This document shows positions 23,990 through 36,434 of a stretch of DNA of 64,000 bases, in pieces. The first letter of the stretch is position 1. Every line of letters starts with the position of its first letter. The position numbers and the translations under genes were made by a program. The notes under the pieces are model-generated. The model searched no databases. It had not been told where the DNA came from and worked only from the letters and a program-made list of their open reading frames with translations. The stretch comes from Lama glama (Eukaryota), in contig CM052816.1 in the NCBI GenBank assembly GCA_028534125.1, forward strand, positions 98,272,001 to 98,336,000, read 5' to 3'.

Positions 23990-24620
23990 ATTTCAGATAG
24001 GTTCCCTCTCAACCTCTCCAGGATTCAAGGTCAGCAAGGATCTCCGTGTCACAAGTTTCACCCATACTATCTGACCCTGTCACGCTGAGCGGGAGTGACC
24101 AGCATCTTCTCAGCCACACCCCTGATTTGCCTCCTTCTTCAGTGGCAGATTCTTGATAGTCTCTTCTGATGGCTTTTCCTCTCCTACCAGACTTCCAAAC
24201 ATTTAAATCCCTCTGGGGTTAGTCCTGAGTCCTCTTCTTTTCTATAAGCTTCTGCAAGTTTTGCCTAAATGAGTTCATCTCTTCTACTGACTTGAACCAT
24301 CACCTAACGGTCAGTCACTCCCATACTCCTTCATCTAGTCATGACAGTGTCTCAGCTCCAGACTCAGCCATCAGCTGGAGACATAATGAAAGCAGTTGGA
24401 CATTTAATGATCGCTTGGTACCTAGAGTTTTTCAGATACGATCCCTCCGAACCCCTGCAGAGGGACCTGGACGTTGGAGGCATCTTTTCAGGACTTGCAG
24501 AGGTTTCATATTGAGCTCCGTTTCTTCCCCTGACCCTCGGCACAGTTTCAAAAGGATGAGTGTGATGCTGCCTGCTCACTGTCTGCCAAAATTCATCTCC
24601 TTTGTTGTTGGCACATATCA
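23990..24620 (+). mobile_element. L2 LINE fragment
   Basis: Pyrimidine-rich L2 motifs 'caaggtcagcaaggatctcc', 'ggggttagtcctgagtcctcttcttttctat', 'tctcagctccagactc'. Confidence 0.6.
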
Positions 24621-25024
24621 AAGCCACAACTCCTAGCCTCACATGTTAGGTGAGTTACGCGTTATGTGTGGCCCGTGACTGGGTTCTCTCCAACAGAATG
24701 AGAGAGGAAGTGGCTGAAAGCTCAGCTGTGTAAGATGGTACTGGTTTCTTAATCCTGAAAGACTTGGCAGCTATCTCCTCCATCCCATGGTTATGGAGAA
24801 TGCAATAAGTTACTCTGTTCTTTGTCATTATTTGATAGGGTACTAACATCTAAAATGAATCAATTTACTTCTTGAAAGCAACTTCCTTGCCAGGATGATC
24901 TATTTGACTGCATGGTATCCCTGAAGCTTCTAAGTAGAATGAAGAATGCATGTAATAAACATAAAATAGAATACTACATTAGTATTTTATTATTGTATCT
25001 GTGGCAATTAGCTTTGTAGAGAGA

Positions 25025-25210
25025 ATTAGCATAGTGTAGTTAAAAAAAAAAGCCACAAGTGATGGTCCTTTCTGAGGGTAGAAATCTTGATTCTGCTACT
25101 TCATGACTTTGTAACTTAGTTAATTATTTACCATCTCTGAGCCTTCCGTCTCTGCACTGCAAAATCGGGATAATCATGCCCACCTTGAAGGATTCATGGG
25201 GTACGTTTAA
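25025..25210 (+). mobile_element. MIR SINE
   Basis: 'tagcatagtgtagttaa...aatcttgattctgctactt...tctctgagccttccgtctc...ctgcaaaatcgggataat'. Confidence 0.7.
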
Positions 25211-26424
25211 GAAAAATTATTAGTTTCCTCTCTCACGTCCTCTGAATGTTCCAGCCACCTACGCACAACCCCTTGCTATTCACAGTAATAATTACAGTAA
25301 AATTTTAAACACTCAATCTTGGGTTGGATATTTCTGAAATATAACTTTTAGCAAGCACAAAATTTTCAGTGCAGTTTCATTTTTAAATGGAAGAGAGTTA
25401 TATATTAATTTCTTCCCTAGAACAAAGTAGCATTATTTGAGAATGAGGACTCCCAAAGTTGCCCTTTCATGGCACACATTGTTACAACTGAAAGCTGTGT
25501 TATTTTTGTCTAAAATGACATAAAAAGACAGACAAGGCCAAGACCCCTTGACACACATAAAAATAATAGCATTTTCTTCTTTTGTTACGTGATTCAAGCA
25601 TCTAAAATAAACAAGTGCAAGAAAAATCATCTCAAAAGTTACTGGAGGTTCTGGGCAGTGTGCCCAGGCTGTGGCCATCAGTGGTCACCCCATGCCTCTG
25701 GCCAGGAGAGTGCAGCCACTTTGGTGTGGGTGTGTGGGTGGACGTGGTGGGTGGTGGGGGCAGGATAGGGCTGTAAGAGAACGTGGGCTGCTGGACCCAG
25801 CGAGGGACACACATGGCAGATGTTTGAATGTGGCAGTAATGCCCCGCCGAGCTTCTGCACCTTCACCATCACCTGGTGTTTATCAAGCTTTCACACGCAG
25901 AGAGGCCCTGCTTACTGGTGTCATTTTCACGCAAATGCACGCCTCAGTTTTCCTCTGAATAAGGGTCAGTGGGCTCGTGGATGCAGAGGAGCTGTAGGAA
26001 ATAAAGAGTGTCCACTTGTGGTGAAAGTAAAATGCCAGACAATCGCAGAGCACAAGAGTGTGGCCCTCTGCTCTGGAAACTTTGCACCTGGGAAGGATGT
26101 GGGGGCAGAGGTGTGGATATCGGTGGGATAACCAGACCTCCGGGTACCCTACGCCTGGCAGAAGTAAGGGATTGACTATACAAACCCACCCAAGGACAGG
26201 GAGACATGCATGATACAGGGAGACTACCATTCTGAGGAGGCAGCGCCCAGGCCTGGGCCCCATCAGCCCAGCTGTGTGCTGGCCCCATCTCCGCTGTGAA
26301 GGCCTGGGCAGACTGCTGAGCATCTCTGAACTTCAGGCACCCGCTCATCCTCAAAATGGGGACAGTAGAGCTGCCTCCAGAGGGCTGTGACATGACCTGG
26401 ACAATGCATGGGTGTTCTTCCACC

Positions 26425-26940
26425 AGATAACAAAGGAAACCACGCTGGGAGGCTAAAACACACACGCGTATCATGTCACATTTGTTTGGCCAGGAGCCCA
26501 GGCACGGGGTCCTCTGTCAGCTCTCACAGGCTGCGGTAAGGTGTCTAGAGCTGTATTCCCAGCTGAAGTCTGGCCAGGGGAGACTGCTGCCCCGCGCCTC
26601 AGGCGGGGGGCAGAGCTCAGTTCCTTGCGGCTGCAGGGCTGGAGCTTTGGGCTCTGCTGGGCATTGGCTGGAGCCTGTCCCCAGCTCCCAGAGGCCACCC
26701 GCAGGTCCTCGCCACGTGTGCCTCCCCAGAAGCGGTTTACTGTGTGGCTGTTTGCTTCTTCAAGATTAGCAAGCAAGTGAGAACAAGCAGCCAGCACGAC
26801 CACGCACACACGCTGGAATCACAGAAGCTCCGCACCGTTGTAGACACACATTCTGTGGTTAGAAGCAAGCCCAGGTCCCATCCACACTCACGGGAAGGGG
26901 GTTTCACGAAGGCACCTTGGAGTTTGCCCACCATCACTCA
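26425..26940 (-). mobile_element. MaLR LTR (MLT1E-like)
   Basis: 'gcagagctcagttccttgcggctgcaggg', 'cagctcccagaggccacccgcaggtcctcgccacgtg', 'cattctgtggttagaagcaag'. Confidence 0.75.
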
Positions 26941-28074
26941 GTAACGCGTACTCAGTAAAGAATGGTCATGGCGGTTAATATCTGTGTTGTTATTTCAAAT
27001 GTCTGAGTTGGTATTGAACCATGGTTCAAACACCAGCCATGTGGCCTTCCCAGTTTCACACAGTGTAAGTGTGACCAGAAAAAGGTCAGATCCCACGCAT
27101 TGCCTAGACTCAACGGGCAAGTTCTTTCAGAGGGAGACTCTACATGGGAGAGTGTAAACACGGGTTCAGTTAACTGCACAACATATACATTTAATATAGA
27201 ATATTTGGCCATAAGGTTTTTAAACATTGTTTAAATAAAATATATTCTGAAGGTCAAGGTATGTGTCCAGGGATGGGATTAATGAAGATTGTTTATGTAT
27301 GTAATTTATACACACTTTTTGTGTGTATGTAGTTATTGTATGGAATCCATAGCTGTTCCACAGCAAGAAAACTGCCATCAAATGTACTCAGATGCAGAGA
27401 CTGAGAAGCAGGGGTTTTAACTCCATCCCGCTCATCAGCATGGAGAAGGGGGCCTGCTGAGCAAGGGGAAGTGGACTTGCCCAGATGACCTTTCTCTAAA
27501 CCAGTGAATTGTTTCCAACCATCAGAGCTGTGGGGGATGCACAGCTGCCCAAAGGAAAGGGCTGTTCACGTTCACAGGACTAAGGCAGCAGAGGGCTTCT
27601 CTGCCATTGGCTTTTTCCTGTGAAAGTCAGATTTCACATACATGGGGACACCCTCCGAGGAAAGGCTGTGATCAGTCACACTTCTTCCCAATGCCAGAGG
27701 AGCCTCCTGTCTGGGAGCAGGAATGCGCGCGGCTGTTTCGGCATCTGGCCCCAGCAAACCAGGACACCCCCACCTGAGGATGGGTAACATTCCCACGGGC
27801 TACAAAACAACACTGCCTTAATGTGGACGTGTCACCTGGCACCTTGCAGGGGGAGACTGGACAAAGGAGGTCCTAAAGCAGGACAAAGTGCAGTGGGGTG
27901 GGCGGGGCCCGAGGACCAGGTCCTGGCCCTGTGCCACGCTGGCTGCAGGCCCCGAGGCCACCACTTACCCTCCTGAGCTTTGCCTGCCTGCCTGCCCGAA
28001 TAAAGCGAATAATGCTCACCTACTGGATGTTTACAAGCATTAAATGACTGTAAGAAGCCAAGGGGTTTATGCAT

Positions 28075-28715
28075 CTGTATAAATAAAACTTCATATCTGT
28101 GTATGTATAAGCACATAGATATGTGAATTATGGGGCTATATGGATGTGCACGTACAGGGATATATGCAGTGCAAATATGGGGAGATATACCTATATAGAT
28201 ATATAGATATATAGATACATGAAATATATGTATATGCAAATGTGTGTATATGGCGTGTGGGAATGGATGCCTGTGTGCAAACAGATACATATGCACACAG
28301 TCATGTATACAGGGTAATATGTCTGTGAATGCACAGGGCAGTTCTGTGTATGTACGAAGGTATATGTCTGTGTATATGGTGATACTTGCCTATGTGTAGA
28401 TGATACAGAAATAGGTACAGATAGATGTATGTGTGTAAATGGGAGTTTCTTCTGCCTGTGTACAGGTGTATAAGTATTGCGCAATGAGATGCATGTGTTA
28501 ATATGAGGACATGTGTCTGTACATGGGCACACATATCTGTGCATATGCGGGAACACATGTGGGTGTGCAGAGGTATGAGTCTGTGCATGTATGAGATGTG
28601 TGTATGTGTCTGAGGTGTATGTGAATGTGCATATATCTGTATACACATGGGGATATGCATCTGGGATATGTGTGTGTACGGGGAGGTATACACATGTTCA
28701 CATGGGGCTTGTATG
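28075..28715. repeat. Degenerate alternating purine-pyrimidine low-complexity tract (TG/TA/CA)
   Basis: About 640 bp of TATG/TGTG/CATA words, including an ATATAGAT-periodic run near 28192-28217. Confidence 0.9.
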
Positions 28716-29859
28716 GGGAGCTCACCAAGTGACCCATGGTGGCTATTATGTTTGCTGAACTTGGACCTGCCTTCTAGAAAACGGTCCTGTGTTAGCCAAG
28801 GGAGTGACTACATTAAATTCACACTTCAGGCAGCTCGGGGTCAGCGACGTGGCTGTGTTTGGACTTGAAAGTAAGACCCCAAAACGTGGAACAAATCCGT
28901 GGGCTATTGAAGTTGTTGGTAATGAGAGAGCCACGGGGCTGGACTGAAGGCCTAGGGGAGTAAATGGAGGGGAGGACACACATCGGGGATCCCCACATCC
29001 ACCCCCGCAGTGGGATCCATAAGTCTTGGCCAGTGACTGATGCAGGCATGTGGGGGGGGGATGTCAAGCATGGCTTCCAGGTCCCTGGGAGAAAAGACAG
29101 TCCAGGCGGCCACGGATGGCCACATCCTCAGGGACCCAGAGCACTTGGAGCGGGGAGGAGGGTGGGCAGGCTTGGAACAAACTCAGTTGCCTGAGCTGAC
29201 ATCAGAAAACTGTGTGCCTGAGGCTGGAGCTCGTGGTCTGTGATGGATGGAGAGACTGGCTGGGGTCACTGTCAAGACGCAGGACAGCCTGCTGGTTCCA
29301 GCACAAGCTACAGGTTCTCAGAATACGACTCGGACCCTCACCCCTCCACGTGCCCCTGTAGGGCCTCAGTGTGTTTGTAACCTCTCTCTTCTCCAAGCTT
29401 CTAATTTGTGAAGTGATGAAATTAATGAAATCATTATGAAGGCTGATTTATGAGCTGCCCCAGCTAAGGCGTGTTTAGAACAGGAAATGCACAGGTGCTC
29501 AGTCACGTTTAATGACAGCTAACACGATGTCATGCTCATTCACACAACTGTAGCCAAAATCAGCTCTGAAGCATAACCATCATTTTTACTTGTGGGAGTT
29601 AGAGCCATAGGCGTGAAGAATTTGTCCTGGGAGACGGAAATGAGTGGGAATGGCAACAGGAAAAGGAAGCGTCGGGGACAACTCTGCCGTCTGGAGGAGA
29701 GCTCGGATACCAAACTCACAAGGAGAGACAAGGCAGGCAGTGGAGGGGCCGGCAGACAGGCATCAGAAGTGGCTGGCAGGCAGGTGGGTGTCATCATCAG
29801 AGGGGCTGGCCTCTGTCACAGGGGACCTTCATCTCAGGCTCAGAGGTTCTCCAACGTTT

Positions 29860-30035
29860 GAAGTGCTCCTAACATTTTAATACACCTGCAGATCACCAGG
29901 GCATCTTACAGAAATGCAGACTCTGACTCAGTCAGTCTAGGCTGGGGCTTGGGAGTCCTCCTGCATCTCTGACCGGCTCTCAGGAGGTGCTGAGGCTGGT
30001 CTGCATGCAGACCTCCCTTTGAGGAGCAAAGGTCT
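29860..30035. mobile_element. hAT-Charlie MITE (MER5A/B-like)
   Basis: 'gatcaccagggcatcttacagaaatgcagactctgactcagtcagtctaggctgggg...ctgcatctctgac...ctttgaggagcaa'. Confidence 0.8.
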
Positions 30036-31649
30036 GATGCTGCTGGCTGCGTTTTGATATGCTTTGTTTTACCTTAGGGAAGAACAGAACACCCACCATG
30101 CAAGCAATGCGTCCTTCTGTGTCAGCTGCTCATCCCCACCAGTAGGGAGGGTCCCGGCGGACTGACCTTACTCATCCCTGTTGCCCCCTCAGGGCCTGAA
30201 ACCAGGGAGCTCCCCCTCGGGCATGCTGCCCTCTCCAGGACGGTCAGCTCAGTCCTCAGGCTCACAGAGCATGCTACACTAAACGTGTTCTTAAAACCTA
30301 TTTCAGACTGAGCCACTACTGGGCTGTGGTTGCTAACCACAGAGCCTGGAATTCTTGGTCTCAGGAAATGTAAACTGAATTTTAAAATCCTGAGGGCTTC
30401 GAGGTGCAGAAGTCAAGAATGTGCTTTGCGCTTTTTGATTCTGCTCCTGAGGTCTCCACGCTGTGTGCCAGCTACACGGCAAGGCACCAGATTCCAGGAA
30501 GGAAATAAATTATGAATGTAAAAGTCATAAAGGGAAATTTATAGAGGGCTCCTCTTGCACTTAAACTTAGTAGTTGAAGACTGCCTCGGCATTGTAATTC
30601 TGCCATGTGGTCCGTCAGCTGCATCCTAGGTCAGTTTCCTCCCCCGTGCGCTGCGGGCTGCTGCCTGTGTGGGTCTGTCCACCGCCTCTTGCAAGAAGAC
30701 CTACACTTCAGGTGCCTGATGCCTCTTGCATCACAGATGGGAGGCTAGGAGTGGATTGGGTGATGGGGACAGGCGTCGAGAGGTCCCATCCCTTGTCCCT
30801 GGGGCTCTAGAGAAGGACCAAGTCAGACTCTGACGTTCACCTTCAGGAAACCGTTCTGAAGAAGGAGTGGGCGTCCTGAACCCGCTGCTCCCTCTTTTCG
30901 TCAGGGCTGTAGTTAATACTGTCCTAAGGAACAGGAAACTGGGTCCCACTTATTCTGATTTTGTGCAGTTAAAATCCACATAAATCCTAATACTATGAGC
31001 TTAGATTGGATTCCAGTGGTATAAACATGAAGTGGTGTGAAATACAGTGTCTTCTATGGCCAAAGTTCTCAAGAATTCTCATTTTTATGTTCTGCAATGG
31101 TACGGTCGCTGACTGTGCCTCCTTCGACTTTTCACATCTGGGTGTCTTACCGAAAATCCTGTCTGATTTGTCTTGTCTCTAGCTACTGGAGAAATCAAGG
31201 GAAGGACTTTGACTCCAGACAAAACCCTGGAGAAGAAAATAAAACGATGAGAACTGAATTCAAGCTGCGGGACTTTGACCATGTGTTATGTCTCCTCCAC
31301 TCCCCAGAACCAAAGCCCAACCTGGGCCAACGCTGACATCTAAGGAGGAGGAGGGGAGGAGCAGCAGGGACACCAGATGACAGTCGCTCATCCAAAAAGC
31401 TCTGAACTTGGATGGAGATAAGGAAGCCCTTTCTAGCGCTACTTCTGTCTCTCTAGTGACCTGTAGGCGTAACTTCTCATCCACACTGCACCCGGGTCCT
31501 GTCTAGCCCATCTGACTTCCACGGTCCTGGACGAGATCCTGCCTTGGAGAGAGCACATACATGTTACTGCAATGCAGTCAAAATTTAAGTGAAAGTCATC
31601 TGTCTTTCCTTCTGGTTTCCGCCTCCTCTCCACTGTGAGCCCTCTGTTT

Positions 31650-33250
31650 CCACTCCCAACACCTCTGTTTGCTTCTCAGCCCACAACTGGCTTTTGCTCC
31701 ATCACTGAAATGGCTCCCAGTAAAGTCACTGATGTCTTTTAGCTGCAAATCCCAACGGTGACCTTTCAGCCCTCGTCTTCTTGGGTCTTTGGTGAAGTTG
31801 ACACTGCCCACCGCTCCCTGCTTCTTGGACTTCTCTGCTCCTTTCCCTTCTGAGACACATCATTCTCCACGCTTCTTTTTGTCTGCTGACCATGTTATCT
31901 TGGTTTCTCTTTGAGCACCTATTCTGCTTGAGAAATTAAATGTTGGTATCCCTAAGATTCTGTCTTCCCCTCTCTACGTACTCAACACATTCACTCAGGA
32001 TAATTCCACCTGCTTTTCAGTGCTCAGAACTGAAACCCATGTGCCAATGACTCTAAGTCTGTCTGCAGCTCAGCCCTCTCTTCTGGGCTTCAAGTTCATT
32101 TACCTGGTTGGTTGGTGGCGCTCACTCCTCTGGATAAAGCACAGCCTTCCCCAAATGTCTACAACCCAGCCTCTCTGCTTTCTCCTCCTGATTTATCCAC
32201 CCATGGTGACTCCCCCAACTAGTCTCTCCAGAGCAACTGGTAGTGCGTCCTGAACCGATCTTCCACCGTACCCTGCATCCAGCCAACAAGTAACTCCTGC
32301 CAGTCTTACCTCTCAGGTGTTCACTGCATTTTCCCCTCCGCCCTCCCTCACTCTTCCGAAGCTTGGTCTCCTGCCACAGCCTCATCACTCGAGTTCTGCA
32401 GTCACTCATAAGCACTGTCCTGTACGACTGTCCTCCGCATGGAGGTCAGCTGCCTGGCAGACCCGACCAGATCAAACACCTGTGCTTGTCACCTTCTAAA
32501 TCATGATCTAGCGGTCACCTTCCTGCCCACTGCAGGGAAAATCCAGGGGCTGCCTTTCCATCACTAACTGTAACTGCCCCTCAATGCTTTACTCACACAC
32601 ACACTATTTACCTTGCTTTCCAATCCGGGTCCTATTCAAAGCATCCTGCAGCTGGCCATGTGAGGACACTGGCGGGTCAGATGGACGCTGGACACAGGCT
32701 GGTGCAGGGTTATGGAGCCACCACCCCTTGCCAGATGCGAGCCCTTCATTTTGCCCACTGGGAGGGACAGTCCCGGGAGGGGCAGGACAGTGGGGCGCAC
32801 CGAGGGCTCCGAGCAGAGGGTGTGTGCCACCTGTACCTGCTGTTTCATTGTCACCATGTGGTGCAGCCAGACTTGTGCGTACTCGCTGATCCTAGCCCCA
32901 CGCGCCACCTTCTCCAGTTGCTTCTTCTACACTCAGAAGAGTCGTAGGAATCTTCACGTCTCTGCCCGGCTGTGCCATCCCCCTCAGTCTCAGCTTATAC
33001 GTCACTTTCTCAGAAGAGCTTCCTGCTGCCTCCTGTCACCACCAAAGCAGGGTACAGCCTCCTCTCGTGCTTCTCAGAGCACTCGCTCTCTTCTTTGTCA
33101 TCCTTCTCTTACTTTGAATCATATTTTAGATACAGTTTTTAGTCTTCTGTCTCTCTCTCCCACCACACTACGAGTCTGGCGAGTCATCCACTAGGGGATG
33201 TGTTCCCACCACGTGAACATGGTTTGTGTAACAATCCGACACTAATCATA
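31650..33250 (+). mobile_element. L2 LINE fragments (about 31650-32540 and 32880-33250)
   Basis: 'ctggcttttgctccatcactgaaatggctc...aaagtcactgatg', 'gttgacactgcccaccgctccctgcttcttg', 'tctcagcttatacgtcactttctcagaagagcttcc'. Confidence 0.7.
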
Positions 33251-34747
33251 TTTCAAGAATAAAACATCATGCCTGAGGGGCTCTGGGTGCTGGACACCTC
33301 ACAGGACGTGGGTGGGAAGGAAGGCACCCCGCCTGGCCCCACACGGCCTGAGACACGTGCCTTGTCCAGGCTGCGCGCACCTGCGTACGCGACCTTGAAA
33401 TAATCCCCTCCAAACGTCCAGATTTCCAAATACGGTACAAATGCTGCCCTTCCCCGCCTTGTGGGACGAATCGAATTCGGACAGTGACAGTGATTTGTAA
33501 AATATAAATTGGACCTAATTTTAAGTCATCTCCATTAAAATATATTGAAGAGTAATGCTGGGCTTTTAATAGGAATGGGTTATTGACAGTTTCATTAACT
33601 GCACTTTGAATAATGTGGCTTTAGGATTAAAGGGAGTTTGACTCAATCAGGAGAAATACTGGGTCTCTTCCTACCTTCCCACCAACGTTTTCTCTTTCTT
33701 TTTTCCTGCTCTCCCTCCCTTTCTTCTTCCTCCACCTCCTCCTTCCCCTTCTTCCTCTTTTTATCAGGTTGCTTTAGTATTTTCACAATAAAATATCTTG
33801 AAATGTCTTCATTAAACTAGAGGGCTTATTGGGAATAAAATTCACCATCTCGTGGGCTGCATTCACTTATCTCACAGATTCCAGGGTCAGCCACGCCTCC
33901 AGGCCTCCCACCCTACATACACCACCAGGTTCTGGGATGGACACCTGCTGATGACGGAGGAGGACTCTGATCTGCACGCAGCCAAGAACCACACCACGTG
34001 GTACAGAGGAGGGAGGCGCTGTTGGGCTCCATCTTCTCACCAAGACAGGTTCTCTGGATCAATAAGAGACAGTGTAAGAGAAGGACCTGCTTCCCTCTGC
34101 GCTTGGTCAGCCTGGGATGCAGGTGGTTCCTGGGAGGTTCTGGAGATGGTTGGTGGACAGAAGCCAGTGCACACAAATCTAAGAGCAAAATCCAATACTC
34201 CAGGCTCTCCTGGCAGATGACAGACTCTATTTCACAGATGCCAGTATCACTTCTGGTGTGAGGAGAAAGAAGTCTGTCTACAGACAAAGTTCCTACCTTC
34301 TAGTGAAGGAAAACTGGCATATCCTGGCTGGAAGATGGGTGAGGAAGGAACCACAGACATGTTAAAATGTTAGCTGCCCAGTGTCTTTGTTCAGCCTCCT
34401 GGTGTTTGAGTAATTGCATCTAAATGTGGTTCTTGCCTTGTTTTCTGCAGAAGAGATGCCCGGAGTGGCCGGAAAAGGTCTGGGTGACCCGTGCAGTCCA
34501 CTCATGTCTTGTGCTTTGGTGGAGTGCCCAGCATTTGTCATCTAACCCTGGGGGTGAACTTCTCATCACATTATGCATAATGCCAGGGGCTTCCCAGTGG
34601 CAGAAATTATGCATACTCCCATTAATAAAATGCAATTCAAGAAAAACAGTCATTATTTATTTTTAAAATGAATTTTATTGAGTCATAATTAACATATATT
34701 TTACATTGTGGAATGATCACCACAATGCAGCTGAGAATAAAACTTAC

Positions 34748-34814
34748 CTTGTTTATTTTTGTCAGTTATTCCAATTTTAGCTTCATAACTATTCACTGTT
34801 ACTATTTCCTTTAC
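34748..34814 (-). other. Candidate 67-nt exon with strong splice sites
   Basis: Acceptor 'gcaccgtttttccccacag', consensus donor AAG|GTAAGT. Frame 0 is open (VKEIVTVNSYEAKIGITDKNKQ). Confidence 0.25.
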
Positions 34815-35024
34815 CTGTGGGGAAAAACGGTGCATCCTATAAAACACTATACATGAAAACATTGTGACAAGTAACATGCTCTAAACAAATTTTTTTTTCC
34901 TTAAGAAGCGAGCTCATGAACAGAGAATGGCTTGGCTGGTGAGGTTTTGACGCTCTTTTATCACTGAGGATGGTTACTAAAACTTTCAGGAAACAGGGAC
35001 GTTTGTTAAATGAGTATGTTGTCT

Positions 35025-35180
35025 GTGCCCTTGAGTCTGAACTGGATGTTGACTAGCCATGTGACCTTGGGCAAATGAACAAACTTCCCTGATTCTTAAT
35101 TTCCTCATCGACACGATGAGAAAATTAAACCAAATTATCTCAGCTTTATTCCAGTTTTAAAAATGCTACAATTCTATGAT
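35025..35180 (+). mobile_element. MIR/MIR3 SINE
   Basis: 'actagccatgtgaccttgggcaaatga...cttccctgattcttaatttcctcatc...attctatgatt'. Confidence 0.75.
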
Positions 35181-35854
35181 TTCCCTTTTGTTTCTGGATT
35201 TACTTCCTGACGACTCTCACCCCGGGTGTGAGTGAAGGGGCCAAGCGTGGGAGAAGACGGTGGGGACAGGTAAGAGATGGGTAACGTAGCGAGAGGTTCT
35301 TGCCGGCCTGCCAAGATCAGTGTCACTTCTCATTCAACTCCTACTGATGCACAGACGTGCACCCTGGCCAAATGGTGGGCGGTTTCTGTTCACCTCCTTC
35401 CTCTGGGAAGATCAAAGCCAGGTTTGCCAACCTCTGACACTGTGCAGGGCTCCCCAGCAGGCTGTCATCTCCTCTTCCTGACCTTCCCTCTCCTGCTGCT
35501 AGTCCTCCGTCTTCCCTCTGACTGACCCTTTGCTTTAACTGTCAGATGAGCACATCTCAGGTCCTGGCCTGTCACCGTTTGTGTAATTGGCCTCCAAAGA
35601 CAACGCCCGTCGACAGCCGCTGGTCAGCACCGAGACCAGCCAGGTTCCAGGGGTAATTCTGGCTGCACTAGGCAGGAGACAGAACGGGGGCTAGGGCTGC
35701 ACTTGGGGCACGGGGCTGGGCACCGTTGTGGCCATTGGTGCAAAGTGAACGCAAGACTGTCCCCAGGGGACCCGTCCTCTCCAGCCGAGACGCTTAATCA
35801 TGCTAATCATCTTAGGGCCACAGGTAGACTCCTCCCTGCCTGGCCCAGGAGAGC

Positions 35855-36434
35855 TGAAACCAAGCAGGGCCCCGCTGTGACCCCTGCTGTGACCCCTGCT
35901 CGTCCCTTGTTTGTACAGGAGCTTTAGCCTCCTGGGCCTCCCCCAAGTTCCAGAGAGTAAACTCAATCAGGGAAGTGAGAAAACGCAGAAACAAAGGAGA
36001 ACAGTCAAGCAAGACAAGATTACAATAGTTTGGCCATTAAACAAAGTCAAGGGCCTTTACTTCCTCCTCAAGGGCTGCAGACAATACTCCGAACCATACC
36101 CTTGAGCTGTTTTACATACACCAGAACCCTTGTGAGGTGGAAACACCAACTGTATGGAGGCCACAAGACCGACTGGAACCAGAAGGCCGGTGATGTTGGT
36201 TCCCGATGACCTCACCGCCAGCCAGTCAGCAGATCAGGCACCCTGCACCCCTCTCCCTCATCCTGCCCTTAAAAACTCCTCCCTGAAATCCACTGGGGAG
36301 TTCAGGGGTTTTAAGTACTAGCTGCTCATACTCCTTGCTTGGCTTTGCAATAAACCTGCCCTTTCCTTCACACAACATGGTGTCAGCAGATGGGTTGTGC
36401 TGCTTGCAGGGGAGTGGACCCACGTCTGGTAACA
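35855..36434 (+). mobile_element. ERV1-class solo LTR (580 bp)
   Basis: TG...CA termini, perfect 4-bp TSD GAGC (35851-35854 and 36435-36438), TATA-like 'cttaaaaac' near 36268, AATAAA 36349-36354. Confidence 0.9.

Noticed and set aside
27832..28737. Long His/Ile/Tyr/Thr-rich ORFs
   Set aside because: By-product of the low-complexity TG/TA tract.
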